Shown one piece after another: positions 1 to 10,400 of a stretch of 64,000 nucleotides of DNA. The stretch is from Flavobacteriales bacterium (GTDB taxonomy: Bacteria; Bacteroidota; Bacteroidia; Flavobacteriales_F; PHOS-HE28). The number at the start of each line of letters is the position of its first letter. Within the stretch, counting starts at the first letter, position 1. The translations under genes and the position numbers were made by a program. The notes beneath the pieces are model-generated. The model was not told the origin of the DNA and did not search any database. It saw nothing but the letters and a program-made list of their open reading frames with translations. The stretch spans positions 64,074 to 128,073 of the forward strand of contig JAGNSU010000002.1 of NCBI GenBank assembly GCA_017987895.1, in the 5' to 3' direction.

Positions 1-1922
1 CTCATCCGAACCGAATAGACGCCTGGTGCCAGATGCTCGGTGCTGAGTTCCTCCCTCGAGCTGAGCAATGGACGGCGATCGATCACTGACCCGGCCACGT
101 TCATCAGTTCCAACGCGCCCGTAGGATAGACCGCGTTCCGTACCTCCACGATCACGACCCGGCCATCGAACCGAACGCTGATCCCCGGAGGCGCCTGCAA
201 CTCTTCCAGACCGGTGCATGGATCCACCACCACGGCGAGTTCGGCATCATCGTTCGGGCAAGGCGTTGCGCCGCTCACACTATAGGTATAGAGCCCCGGG
301 GCGCTCACGCCGGGATCGAAGATGCCGCCGAAGGGATCGTTCGAAGGGTCGGTCCACCCTCCCGTGGCATCCGGAGTTCCGGTAAGCAGCGTGAACAGAT
401 CCACCGGTGGATCGGTATCGCATAGCGTGACCGTACCACCGAAACCGGCCGAAACCGCCTGATTCACCGTGAGGCCGATGGCGGAGGTATCATTCGTGCA
501 AGGCGCGGTGCCGTAAACAACATAGATCAGCGCGTAGGTGCCAGCGGTGGTCGGCGAGGTCACAAGCGGGTTGGTCCCATCCCAGAAAAGCCCTGTGAGA
601 TCGCCTCCAACAACGAAGTTGAACAGGTTCTGCGGATCGTCCGAACAGGTCGATTCCGCATTGTCCTGGCCAGCGTTCGCCGGGTCGACCAGCGTGATGC
701 ATACCTGTGAGCTTTCCGCCGGGCAGCCCACACTACAATTCGCCATGTAGGTATAGCATCCCGCACCGTTCGCGGCCGAATCGAACTGCCCATTGAAAGG
801 CACGCCATTGGGCGTGGTCCATGTGCCGCAGGTATCCGGCGCACCCCCGAGCAGATCCAGCAGATCGTAAATGCCGGTGTTCTTGCATAGCGCGACCGTG
901 GCATCGCTACCGGCATCATTGCCGGACGAGATCGTAATGTCCACGCCGTTATCCGCGCTGATGGTGGCAGGTGCGCTTCCAGTGATCCTGATCCGATAGC
1001 CCGTGCCGGCCGCTTGCCCAATGGGAATGGTACAATTGAACGGTATAGCAGTGGTCGCCACCACACTACCGATCACCACGGGCGCAGTGAAACTTCCCGA
1101 TGCGTCGGACAATTCCGCAGCGAAGACATTACCGGGCCCCCAACTACCTGTGATCGTGTAGGGAACGCTGATGATCGATCCTGCACAGACCGCGAGTGGG
1201 GAAACAGTGCCGATCGCGATGTCGTTCGGTGCGGTACCTGCAGCGCTCAGGATCAACTCATCCACGGCGAAGCCAGGATCGGCCGCACCTAGCAACGATG
1301 TACCGTTCACGAAGCGGAGGCCGAAACGCAACGTGGGCTGGTTATCAAAAGCCGCCATGGTGATGGTCTGCTGGACCCAGTTCGTCTGGTTCCGGTATTG
1401 CGAGATCGGGGTGCTGATCAGGTTCCAAGAAGCGCCGCTGTTGGTGCTGTAGTACACCTCACCATAGTTCTGCGTTCCACCGTTGCACAGCCACCAGAAC
1501 GTGAGCGCAACCCCCGTTTCTCCTGCGGTGCTCACGTCGGTGTTCATCGCGGCGAAATGGTTCCCGGGATCGGTGCAGAACCCGTCAGCCGCGCCGAAGG
1601 AGCAACAGAGGATGCCATCGGCCGCCGCCTCGGTGCTGGCCGTGTGCATGTAGTTCCCGTTGGGGGTAGTGATCCCGACCGGCTGCGAGGCCGTGCTCGG
1701 CACCGTGAAGGTGAGCGGGAAACCCAAGCACTCCACATCACCGTTGCCGCCTGCGTATACCGCATTGATGAGCCAGGTATTGGCTCCATTGCTGATCGAA
1801 CCCACGTCCGTGGTGTTCAGCGTGAAGACAGGGGTACTCTCGAAATCCTCAGTGAACAAAACGGTCTGGGCTGAGATGTTCGAGCTGAGAAGGATGGCCA
1901 GGGTAGCGTAGCAGGGCTTCAT
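1..1922 (-). CDS. Secreted Cys-rich multidomain protein with T9SS-type C-terminal sorting domain (3' end cut by window edge)
   Basis: My own translation: the frame is open from ATG (1922-1920) to position 1. It is absent from the ORF track because there is no stop inside the window. N-terminus MKPCYATLAILLSSNISAQ is signal-peptide-like. There are repeated C..GW/C.ND modules. The last visible residues ...STEHLAPGVYSVRM look like a Por/T9SS CTD. Confidence 0.7.
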   Translation of the reverse strand, partial: MKPCYATLAILLSSNISAQTVLFTEDFESTPVFTLNTTDVGSISNGANTWLINAVYAGGNGDVECLGFPLTFTVPSTASQPVGITTPNGNYMHTASTEAAADGILCCSFGAADGFCTDPGNHFAAMNTDVSTAGETGVALTFWWLCNGGTQNYGEVYYSTNSGASWNLISTPISQYRNQTNWVQQTITMAAFDNQPTLRFGLRFVNGTSLLGAADPGFAVDELILSAAGTAPNDIAIGTVSPLAVCAGSIISVPYTITGSWGPGNVFAAELSDASGSFTAPVVIGSVVATTAIPFNCTIPIGQAAGTGYRIRITGSAPATISADNGVDITISSGNDAGSDATVALCKNTGIYDLLDLLGGAPDTCGTWTTPNGVPFNGQFDSAANGAGCYTYMANCSVGCPAESSQVCITLVDPANAGQDNAESTCSDDPQNLFNFVVGGDLTGLFWDGTNPLVTSPTTAGTYALIYVVYGTAPCTNDTSAIGLTVNQAVSAGFGGTVTLCDTDPPVDLFTLLTGTPDATGGWTDPSNDPFGGIFDPGVSAPGLYTYSVSGATPCPNDDAELAVVVDPCTGLEELQAPPGISVRFDGRVVIVEVRNAVYPTGALELMNVAGSVIDRRPLLSSREELSTEHLAPGVYSVRM

Positions 1923-2009
1923 GGGATGGGGCTGGACGGGTAAATTAGGGAACCTTGGGAAGAGAAGAGCCCCGAACTTGCCGGGGCTCTCTCTCGATCG
2001 GGGGCGGGA

Positions 2010-3644
2010 TCAACGCACTGCTACCGGAGTTCTGCCTAGGCTCGATCCACTGCTATCGCGCAGTACCAATACATAGACCCCATCCTTCGCCGCACCCAGA
2101 TCCAGGCGCAAAGTGCGCTGGCCTTGGGGGAACGGAACGTCCAGGATCGTGCGGCCGGTGCCGTCCACAAGTTCGGCGTGCAAGGTGCCGGAAAGATGGT
2201 CATCGCGGTCTATGAACAACGCGTCCTGTGCGGGTTGCGGATAGACCCTGAAACCGTTCGGGGGCGTTTCCAACAACCCATCGCCCACGAAATTGAGCGT
2301 ATCGGAGGTCAATATGCAGGGACCTGCGTAGGTCGCGACAACATGGACGACACCGTTCACTGCCGGGCTGAAAGTCTGAGCGGTTTCACCGGACACCAAC
2401 ACGCCGTCCAAGTACCATTGGTAGGTCAATGCCAATGTGCTCTCCACGGTGTTCCCGCTCTGGATCAGCGATGGCGGGTCCATGGGGCATTTGTCCACGA
2501 TCTTCTTCACTTGGCCGTTACTCGTGTTGCCCGCATAGATCTCGCCGTTCACATCCTCCGCGATGACGACGTAGCCCTGCGAACCAGAATTCAGCCCCAG
2601 TTCATCGATCCAGCCTCCCGAACCATCGGGGCGGATAACCCAGAACTCGCCTGCGCAGTAGTCCGTGTAGATGTAGCGTCCGTACAGATGCGGCCATACC
2701 GTGCCGCGGTAGACCCGCCCGCCGATGGAACTGCACCACGTGCCGCCCGTGGCCACGTTCTCATGCGTAGTGACCGGAAATTCATAGTTGGACATGCCTT
2801 GGCAACCCTGTGTATTGAAAGGGGTATCGCCCTCATAGCACCGCCACCCGAAATTGGGGCCACTGTTGTCGCCGGCAGGCCAGAAGTCCACTTCTTCCCA
2901 GGCGTTCTGTCCCACATCGCCGATCCAAAGATCGCCCGTTAGGGCATCGAAGCCGAAGCGGTAAGGGTTGCGCACGCCGCTCGCCCAGATCTCCGGCAGG
3001 GTATCCTGCGCGGATACCCATGGATTGGTGGCCGGTACGGTCCAGGTCGTATCCGGGTCGCTCACATCAAGGCGGATGATATCGCCCAGCGGATCGGTGA
3101 GGTCTTGGGCATTGTCTTGTGGATCGCCTCCGCTCCCTCCATCGCCAAAACCCACATACAGGAGGCCGTCCGGCCCAAAATCGAGATCACCACCGTTGTG
3201 ATTGGTGAAGGGTTGGGGCCAGGTGTACAGGATCTCCTCGCTCGCCGCATCCGCTGAATCCGGATCATTGCTGACCCGGAACCGCGATACCCGACTGGTG
3301 CCGGGACCGCTGTCCGCGATGTAGTAGACATAGAAGTAGCCATTGTTCGTGTAATCGGGATCGAACGCGAGACCCAGAAGGCCCTGCTCGCCGCCAATAC
3401 TGTTCACACTATCCTGGATATCCAGGAACGGATCCACGATCACCTGCATACTGTCACTGATGATACGGATGATCCCCTGCCGCTGCACGGCGAAGAGCCT
3501 GCTGTCCCCTGCATGCGTCAGATCGACCACGTTGGACAATCCGTTGGCCCAATTCACCAGCTTCAACTGTACCGGATCCTGTGCCCGCACGCCAAGCACG
3601 GTCAGAAGCAACGCTCCCGTCAGGCACTTTCTCATCTTGCTCAT
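2010..3644 (-). CDS. PQQ-dependent sugar (glucose/sorbosone) dehydrogenase family protein with T9SS C-terminal domain
   Basis: 544-aa ORF. Signal peptide MSKMRKCLTGALLLTVLGVRAQ. GLLGLAFDPDY and HNGGDLDFGPDGLLYVGFGDGG motifs are typical of soluble quinoprotein dehydrogenases. C-terminal RVYPQPA...GVYVLVLRD is a CTD-like tail. Confidence 0.85.
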   Translation of the reverse strand: MSKMRKCLTGALLLTVLGVRAQDPVQLKLVNWANGLSNVVDLTHAGDSRLFAVQRQGIIRIISDSMQVIVDPFLDIQDSVNSIGGEQGLLGLAFDPDYTNNGYFYVYYIADSGPGTSRVSRFRVSNDPDSADAASEEILYTWPQPFTNHNGGDLDFGPDGLLYVGFGDGGSGGDPQDNAQDLTDPLGDIIRLDVSDPDTTWTVPATNPWVSAQDTLPEIWASGVRNPYRFGFDALTGDLWIGDVGQNAWEEVDFWPAGDNSGPNFGWRCYEGDTPFNTQGCQGMSNYEFPVTTHENVATGGTWCSSIGGRVYRGTVWPHLYGRYIYTDYCAGEFWVIRPDGSGGWIDELGLNSGSQGYVVIAEDVNGEIYAGNTSNGQVKKIVDKCPMDPPSLIQSGNTVESTLALTYQWYLDGVLVSGETAQTFSPAVNGVVHVVATYAGPCILTSDTLNFVGDGLLETPPNGFRVYPQPAQDALFIDRDDHLSGTLHAELVDGTGRTILDVPFPQGQRTLRLDLGAAKDGVYVLVLRDSSGSSLGRTPVAVR

Positions 3645-3798
3645 GTTCGTTTTCTAAGGGGGGCGAAAATACCGCAGGGGCTTCTTCTTCCGCATACGTT
3701 TCGATGGACAACGAGCAACGGTGCCCGTAGCGCCTGGGTGTGTGCGGTGCCAGCGCTGTCGAAGAACGGCCACCATGGTCGGCCTACTTTTGCCGCCC

Positions 3799-5397
3799 AT
3801 GTCCCTCGAGCAAGAGATCCAACGGCGTCACACCTTCGCCATCATCAGCCACCCCGACGCGGGCAAGACCACGCTGACAGAGAAATTCCTGCTCTATGGC
3901 GGAGCCATACAGACCGCCGGGGCGGTGAAGAGCAACAAGATCCGCAAGGGGGCCACCAGCGATTTCATGGAGATCGAGCGCCAGCGCGGCATTTCGGTGA
4001 GCACCAGCGTAATGACCTTCCAGTACGCGGACAAGCTCATCAACCTATTGGACACACCCGGCCACCGTGATTTCGCCGAGGACACCTACCGCACCCTCAC
4101 AGCTGTGGACAGTGTCATACTGGTTGTGGATTGTGTGAAAGGTGTTGAGGCGCAGACCCGCCGGTTGATGGAGGTATGCCGGATGCGCAACACCCCCGTC
4201 ATGGTCTTCATAAACAAGCTGGACCTGGAGGGTCGCGATCCGTTCGACCTGTTGGATGAATTGGAGCAGGAACTCGATATCCGGGTGACGCCGTTGAGCT
4301 GGCCCATCGGTATCGGCGCCACCTTCCAAGGGGTGTACGATCTGTACGACAAGGACCTTCGGCTCTTTGAGGAAGTGAAGACCAAAGTGGAACGATCCGC
4401 GGTGCATATCGATGATCTGAAGGACCCCCGTCTGGACCAGCAGCTTGGAGAGGCCGCAGCGGAGCAGTTGCGTCATGATGTGGAACTTGTAGATGGTGTG
4501 TACGGCGCGTTGGACCTGGCCCGGTACCGCTCCGGCTCCACCGCCCCGGTGTTCTTCGGGAGCGCTTTCAATAATTTCGGAGTGAAGGAAGTGCTGGACA
4601 CTTTCGTGCGCATCGCACCCACACCAGGACCGCGTCCCACAGACCGGGGAGAGGTACGCCCGGAGGACCCGAAATTCAGCGGTTTTGTGTTCAAGATCCA
4701 CGCGAACCTGGATCCGAACCACCGCGATCGTATCGCGTTCCTTCGGGTGTGCAGCGGACGTTTTGCCCGCAACACCTACTACCATCATGTGCGCTTGGAA
4801 AAATCGGTACGCTTCGCCAACCCCACCACCTTCATGGCGGCTACGAAAACGATCGTGGAAGAAGCCTGGCCCGGGGATGTGATCGGCCTCTTCGACACCG
4901 GCAACTTCAAGATCGGCGATACCCTCACGGAGGGGGCCGACTTCCAGTTCCGTGGCATACCAGCGTTCTCCCCCGAACTGTTCCGCGAATTGGTGAACAA
5001 CGATCCCATGCGCAGTAAACAGCTGGAGAAGGGGATCCGCCAACTCACGGATGAAGGTGTGGCGCAACTGTTCACCCAACAACCCGGGAACAAGAAGATA
5101 GTGGGCTGTGTGGGCGACCTCCAGTTCGACGTGATCCGCTATCGGCTCGAGCATGAATACAATGCCGTATGCAGCTTCCAATTGATACAGGCCTACAAGG
5201 CCTGCTGGCTCACCAGCGAAGATGCGGGAGCGCTCCAGCGGTTCATTCAAATGAAGACGCTGCAGATCGTACAGGACAAGGACGGGAATCCGGTCTTCAT
5301 GGCCCCCAGTGCCTACATGTTGGACCTGGAGAAACGGAACTTCCCCGAGATCACGTTCCACACCACCAGCGAGTTCAAGACGGCCGTAACCACCTGA
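3799..5397 (+). CDS. prfC: Peptide chain release factor 3
   Basis: [12 protein letters not shown] (G1), DTPGHRDF (G3), NKLD (G4), and full-length similarity pattern to RF3. The ATG at 3799 gives 532 aa. The GTG at 3721 in the ORF track adds an implausible Cys/Arg-rich extension. Confidence 0.93.
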   Translation: MSLEQEIQRRHTFAIISHPDAGKTTLTEKFLLYGGAIQTAGAVKSNKIRKGATSDFMEIERQRGISVSTSVMTFQYADKLINLLDTPGHRDFAEDTYRTLTAVDSVILVVDCVKGVEAQTRRLMEVCRMRNTPVMVFINKLDLEGRDPFDLLDELEQELDIRVTPLSWPIGIGATFQGVYDLYDKDLRLFEEVKTKVERSAVHIDDLKDPRLDQQLGEAAAEQLRHDVELVDGVYGALDLARYRSGSTAPVFFGSAFNNFGVKEVLDTFVRIAPTPGPRPTDRGEVRPEDPKFSGFVFKIHANLDPNHRDRIAFLRVCSGRFARNTYYHHVRLEKSVRFANPTTFMAATKTIVEEAWPGDVIGLFDTGNFKIGDTLTEGADFQFRGIPAFSPELFRELVNNDPMRSKQLEKGIRQLTDEGVAQLFTQQPGNKKIVGCVGDLQFDVIRYRLEHEYNAVCSFQLIQAYKACWLTSEDAGALQRFIQMKTLQIVQDKDGNPVFMAPSAYMLDLEKRNFPEITFHTTSEFKTAVTT

Positions 5398-5401
5398 AAT
5401 G

Positions 5402-5432
5402 AGGAAGGCCGCCCCAAGGCGGCCTTCCTTCT
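5402..5432 (+). terminator. Intrinsic terminator hairpin between convergent prfC and the 5450-5809 gene
   Basis: AGGAAGGCCGCC (5402-5413) / loop CCAA / GGCGGCCTTCCT (5418-5429) forms a perfect 12-bp stem, followed by TCTC. Confidence 0.65.
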
Positions 5433-5449
5433 CAGGATCGTTCAGAGCC

Positions 5450-5809
5450 TTACTTATTGGCCTCCTGCCATTTGGCCAATTGGTCCGGAGTGAGGATGGT
5501 GGCTAGTCGCTTCTCCACGTGGTCATCCATGTTCGCGTATTGCGCTGGCATGTCGGCTTCCTTCACTTCCGCAGGCTGCCCCTCGAAGCGTTGCTCAATG
5601 GCTTGATGGTAGCGTTCCACTTGCAGATAGGCTTCGTTGACCTGGGCCGTTTGCTCGTCGGTCAACGTCACGGTCTTATGGACCACCGCGGTGCGCTCGG
5701 CAGCCTTGGCGGTCATCTGCGGGGTATCGCGCACGGCGACCTGGCTATCCTGTGCGGTAAGAGCCAGTGCGACAAAAACGAAGGAGAGGGTGAGTATGCT
5801 CTTGCGCAT
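5450..5809 (-). CDS. Small secreted/periplasmic protein of unknown function (two LT[DP][ED]Q helical repeats, Spy/CpxP-like pattern)
   Basis: 119-aa ORF. Signal peptide MRKSILTLSFVFVALALTAQ. A TATCTTTG box lies on the gene strand 20 nt upstream of the ATG. Confidence 0.6.
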   Translation of the reverse strand: MRKSILTLSFVFVALALTAQDSQVAVRDTPQMTAKAAERTAVVHKTVTLTDEQTAQVNEAYLQVERYHQAIEQRFEGQPAEVKEADMPAQYANMDDHVEKRLATILTPDQLAKWQEANK

Positions 5810-5966
5810 GTCCTTGGGTGTGAGGTGGTCAAAGATACACTGCCGGGTAGACGAACGAAACCTCGAAGCGTTGCCTTGCCCACACCCTTCCGTGGGATCC
5901 CGTCAACGGCCCAATGTTTGCAAAACCGGCGCTTCGCCGTCCCCCGCCCGTCTAATTTTGGCCGCT

Positions 5967-7466
5967 ATGAACCCTGTTCAGGCTTGCTGCCTCCCGCTTC
6001 TGTTCTCCTTTGCGACGGCTCTTTCCGCCCAGGACCAACGGCGTCTTGAGTTCCGCCTTACCGGCGCGGAGAACGACACGGTCTACCTGGCCAATTACTA
6101 CGGCAACCGTCTCTTCTACACCGATACGGCCATGGCCAGCGCGAAGGGAGAGGTCGTCTTCGCCCGGGAAAAGGGGTACAAGGCAGGGGTATACGCCGTG
6201 GTGGTGGACGGCCCCAAGTACTTCGAATTCATCGTGAACGAACCCGTGGTCCGCTTGGAAACGAAGACCGCCGACCTGATGGGTGCCATGGTGGTGCAAA
6301 AGTCCGATGAGAACACGCTCTTCTTCGACTACATCCGTTTCCTGAACGCACGGAAGAAGGAGGGCGATAGTTTACGCACGGTGATGGACCGCATCACTGA
6401 CCCCATCGCCAAGGGCCCTGCGAAAGCCCGTCTAGAACAACTGGATGGCGAAGTGAAGAAGTACCAAGCCGATCTGGTGACCGCTCACCCACAGAGCTTG
6501 GTGACCATCATCGTGCGAATGAGCATGCCCGTGGAACTGGAGAAACCACGCCTTGCGAACGGAAAGGTGGATAGCGTCGCGGCCTACTATCAGTACCGTG
6601 CCCACTTCTGGGACCACGTGGACCTTTCCGACGAGCGGATCTTGAACATGCCCGTGTTCCAGAACAAGTTCGAAGAGTACATAGGGACCGTCGTTCCGCA
6701 GATCCCGGACACGATCAATGCCCTGGCGGACGATCTGGTCGGTAAACTGGGGCCCAGCAAGGAACTCTTCCGCTTCGTGGTACATGGCATCACGTACAAG
6801 TACGAGACCAGCGACATCATGGGTATGGACGCCGTGTTCGTCCATATGGCGCAGACCTATTACTGTCCCAAGGCAGGAGCCGAAAGCAAGGCCTTCTGGA
6901 TGAGCCAGGAGAAACTCGACAAACTTTGCGAACGTGCCCGCAAGAACGCCCCGATCATCATCGGCGCAAAAGCCCAGGAGATCGTTCTCACGGATACGAC
7001 CGAAACCAATTGGATCAGCTCGCACAAGCTCACGAACGACTACCTACTGGTGGTTTTCTGGGATCCTCACTGCGGACATTGCAAAAAGGAACTTCCCGCC
7101 ATTTATTCGGCCTACCGGGATACGTTACGCCCAATGGGCATCGAGGTCATGGCCGTGGCCAAAGCCACCGATAGCACCTTGTTCAAGGATTGGAAAGCGT
7201 TCATCCGTGAGCACAAGCTGGATTGGGTGAACGTGGGCCTCACCCCCACCGTGTACGCCGAGGCCAAGGCCGACCCGCTGAAGTACATTCCGAAGTTCAC
7301 CACCCTTCAAAGCCTCAATTACGCGGATACCTGGGATGTTTACGCCACGCCGAAATTCTTCCTCTTGGGTCCCGACCGGAAGATCGTGGGTAAACAACTC
7401 AACCCCAAGCAAGTGGCCGATCTAGTGGAACGGTTGCGTGAGCGGAACGCCACCCCCAAACCCTGA
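5967..7466 (+). CDS. Thioredoxin-fold thiol:disulfide oxidoreductase-like protein (TlpA/ResA-like C-terminal domain)
   Basis: The ATG at 5967 gives MNPVQACCLPLLFSFATALSAQ, a signal peptide. WDPHCGHCKKE is a CxxC motif in a thioredoxin-like context. The upstream part of the 609-aa track ORF overlaps the opposite-strand gene and was dropped. Confidence 0.8.
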   Translation: MNPVQACCLPLLFSFATALSAQDQRRLEFRLTGAENDTVYLANYYGNRLFYTDTAMASAKGEVVFAREKGYKAGVYAVVVDGPKYFEFIVNEPVVRLETKTADLMGAMVVQKSDENTLFFDYIRFLNARKKEGDSLRTVMDRITDPIAKGPAKARLEQLDGEVKKYQADLVTAHPQSLVTIIVRMSMPVELEKPRLANGKVDSVAAYYQYRAHFWDHVDLSDERILNMPVFQNKFEEYIGTVVPQIPDTINALADDLVGKLGPSKELFRFVVHGITYKYETSDIMGMDAVFVHMAQTYYCPKAGAESKAFWMSQEKLDKLCERARKNAPIIIGAKAQEIVLTDTTETNWISSHKLTNDYLLVVFWDPHCGHCKKELPAIYSAYRDTLRPMGIEVMAVAKATDSTLFKDWKAFIREHKLDWVNVGLTPTVYAEAKADPLKYIPKFTTLQSLNYADTWDVYATPKFFLLGPDRKIVGKQLNPKQVADLVERLRERNATPKP

Positions 7467-7471
7467 CCGGG

Positions 7472-10400
7472 CTATTCGCCCTCGGTACCGTTGGTCCAGA
7501 TCATCTCTGTTATGCTCTGGCCATTGCGGAAGTAGAAGGTTCCCCACTTGGCGATCACCTTGCTGTATTCGTCCGCTTTGTTGCCATCTACCACGACACG
7601 TCGAACGATCACTTTGTTGCCCTCGGTGTAGCTCTCTTCCGTGACCCCCTGGGGGTATTCGGTGGCGAGTTTCGAGCGATTGTAGTCCGTGAAATCCTTC
7701 GGCTCGTTCAGCGATGTGTTCGAAATGCGTTCCTGCGCGGCCAGCCGCTGATCGGTGGACCGCTGCGCGAGCTGCGCATCCCGGCGCTGCAGAACATCCT
7801 TCGTTTCTACGACCTGCTCTTGATTGCCCCGCGCGAACTCGTTACCGCGCGACTTCATGGCCTCCTGATCCTCGCTCACAGCCACTACCTCAGAGCGCGC
7901 CTGGGAATTGCGCGCCAGACCCTGCTGGCTGTCCCGGGCCAGCTTGTCCCGCACCTGTTCGGCCTCCGTGAGTTGTTCTTGCACTTGCTGTGAACGCCGG
8001 TCCTCCCAGGTCCTGCTCGCATCAGCGAATTGATCACGCAACGCATCCCCGGACGCTTGGCTCGCACCGCGGAGTTGGGAAGACCGGGCTTGGCGTTGGC
8101 GATCGGTCTCGGCCAGTTCATCCTGATAGGCCTTCAGCTTTTCAGCGTTCTCGATCCGTAGCGCATCGCTGCCATGATAAAGCTCGTCGGTACTTTCCAC
8201 GATGCGCTGCTTGCCGGCCACGTTCTCCTCCATGCGTTTCCAGGCTTCACCCTGGTTGGCCACTTCCTCTTCAGTGAGATCGCGGCGCAGTTTCTTGATC
8301 CGTTCGTACTTCTCCGCCTCTTCCCGAGCCTTCGCCTCACGCATGAAACGTTCCGCTTCCTCCTCCTTGCGGATGTCGATCGTACTGCTTGGCTTCTTGA
8401 GCACCACGGGTTTCGGTTCTTCCTTCTTCGCAGCGAGTTCCGCTTCGCGGCGAAGGCGCTCCGCCTCTTCGGCCATTAAGCGATCGATCTCGGTGATGCG
8501 TTCGGCGGGGTAAGTTTCATCCGGTTTGATGTCCAGCGCCTGGGCGTATAGACCACGGGCTTCGGGATAGCTCTTGGCGGTGAAGGCGAGGTCCGCCTCG
8601 GTGATGGTCTTGCGGTAACGCTCAGCCAATGAGCGCGAATCCTCGGTACGCCGACGCTCCTCCTCGGCGGCAAGGCGCGCGGCCTCGGCGTCGGCCGCTT
8701 CCTTGCGCTTGCGCTCTTCATCCAGCCGCCGCTTTTCCTCCGCCAAACGATCGGCTTCGGACATCTCCTTGGCCCGATCGGCGAGCAGTTGCTCGATGGC
8801 CGCCAGACGGTCCTTCGGGTACTGCTCCTCCGGCTTTACAGTGAGCGCCTCGGTGTACTTGTCACGGGACCTATCGAACTCCTCACCGTCAAAGGCCATG
8901 TCCGCAGCGGCGATAAGGTCGCGATAGCGACGTTCGACCGCTTCGGCTTCGGCCTTGAGGCGATCGCGCTCCGCAGCATCCCGGTCGGCGGCCGCTCTTT
9001 CCGCCGCAGCGCGCTCGGCAGCTAGACGGTCGGCTTCAGCTTGGGCCGCCATATCACCCAGGAGTTTTCCGATCTCGGCGATCCTGTCTTTGGGGTACTG
9101 CTCATCCGCCTTTACGCCGAGCGCGTCCGTGTAGGCCGTGCGGGCGTCCTCATACTTGCTCGCTGTGAAGGCCTTGTCCGCCTTTAGGATCAAAGCCTGG
9201 TAACGGGCTTCGAGCTCCTGCTTCTCACGCTCCAACCGTTCTTTCTCCGCTTTGTCCTTTGCCGCCGCGTCCATGCGGCCCTCTATGTCGGCGATACGCG
9301 CGGCGGGATGCGCTTCCCCCGGTTTCAGGGTCAGCGCATCCTTGTAATCGTTCAACGCGGGCGACCATTTTTCGGTGTCATAGGCTTTGTCGGCACGGGC
9401 GATCAGGTCGTTGTACTTCGCGTCGAGCTCGGCCCGCTTGCGCTCCTCTTCCGCCTTGCGCGCCAGTTCTGCCAGCGCAGCGTCGATCTCCACGATCCGG
9501 TCCTTGGGATAGCGCTCTTCCACCTTGACCGAAGCGGCCTCGGAATATTTCGCGCGTGCCGTCTGGTAGTCCTTCTTTTCCAACAACGCGTCCGCGGCGT
9601 CGATCAATGCGTTGTACTTCGCCTCAAGCTCCTGGCGCTTGCGCTCCTCTTCGGCCTTGGCGGCCAGTTCGGCGATGCGCCGATCGATGGCCCCAAGCTG
9701 GTCCTTGGGATACTTCTCGGTCGGCTTCAGACCGATGGCCTCATTGTATTTCGACCTGGCCTCGTCGAACTTGTCGCCTTGGAAGGCCGCGTCGGCAGCG
9801 GCGATGACCGCCTGGTACTTCTCATTGAGCTCCCTCTGCTTGCGCTCCTCTTCTTCCTTAGCCGCTAGCTCCGCCAACTTCTTGTCGATGGCTACGAGTT
9901 GGTCCTTGGGGTATTTCTCGTCCTTCTTGAGAGCGATGGCCTCATTGTAACCGGCCTTCGCATCATCGTACTTGGCCGCATTGAAGGCCGCGTCCGCAGC
10001 TGCGATGGCCGCGTCGTATTTCGCTTGCAACTCCCTGGCGAGTTTCTCTTCCTCGGCTTTCTTGGCGAGTTCGGCGAGCTTGGCTTCAATGGCGGTAAGC
10101 TGGTCCTGGGGGTACTTCTCCTCCGGTTTGAGGCCCAGGGCTTCGGTGTATTTGGTCTTGGCCTGGTCGTAGTTGGCCGCTTTGAAGGCAGCGTCGGCGG
10201 CAGCGATCACAGCGGTGTACTGCGCGTCCAGTTCCTTCTTCTTCTTGTCCTCCTCGGCCTTCTTCGCCAGGTCGGCGAGCTTGGCGTCGATAGCGGCCAA
10301 TTGGTCCTTCGGGTACTTCTCCTGGGGCTTAAGGCCGATGGCCTCCGTGTAGCGCGCCTTGGCATCGTCGTATTTCTCGCCTTTGAAGGCGGCATCCCCC

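Noticed and set aside
4045-5361. 438-aa minus-strand ORF inside prfC
   Set aside because: This is a typical high-GC antisense ORF. prfC on the + strand has all the GTPase motifs.
5917-5960. TTTG (5917-5920) as the -33 partner of the TAATTTTG box at 5953-5960
   Set aside because: The spacer is 32 nt, far from the 18-20 nt expected. Only the -7 box is retained.
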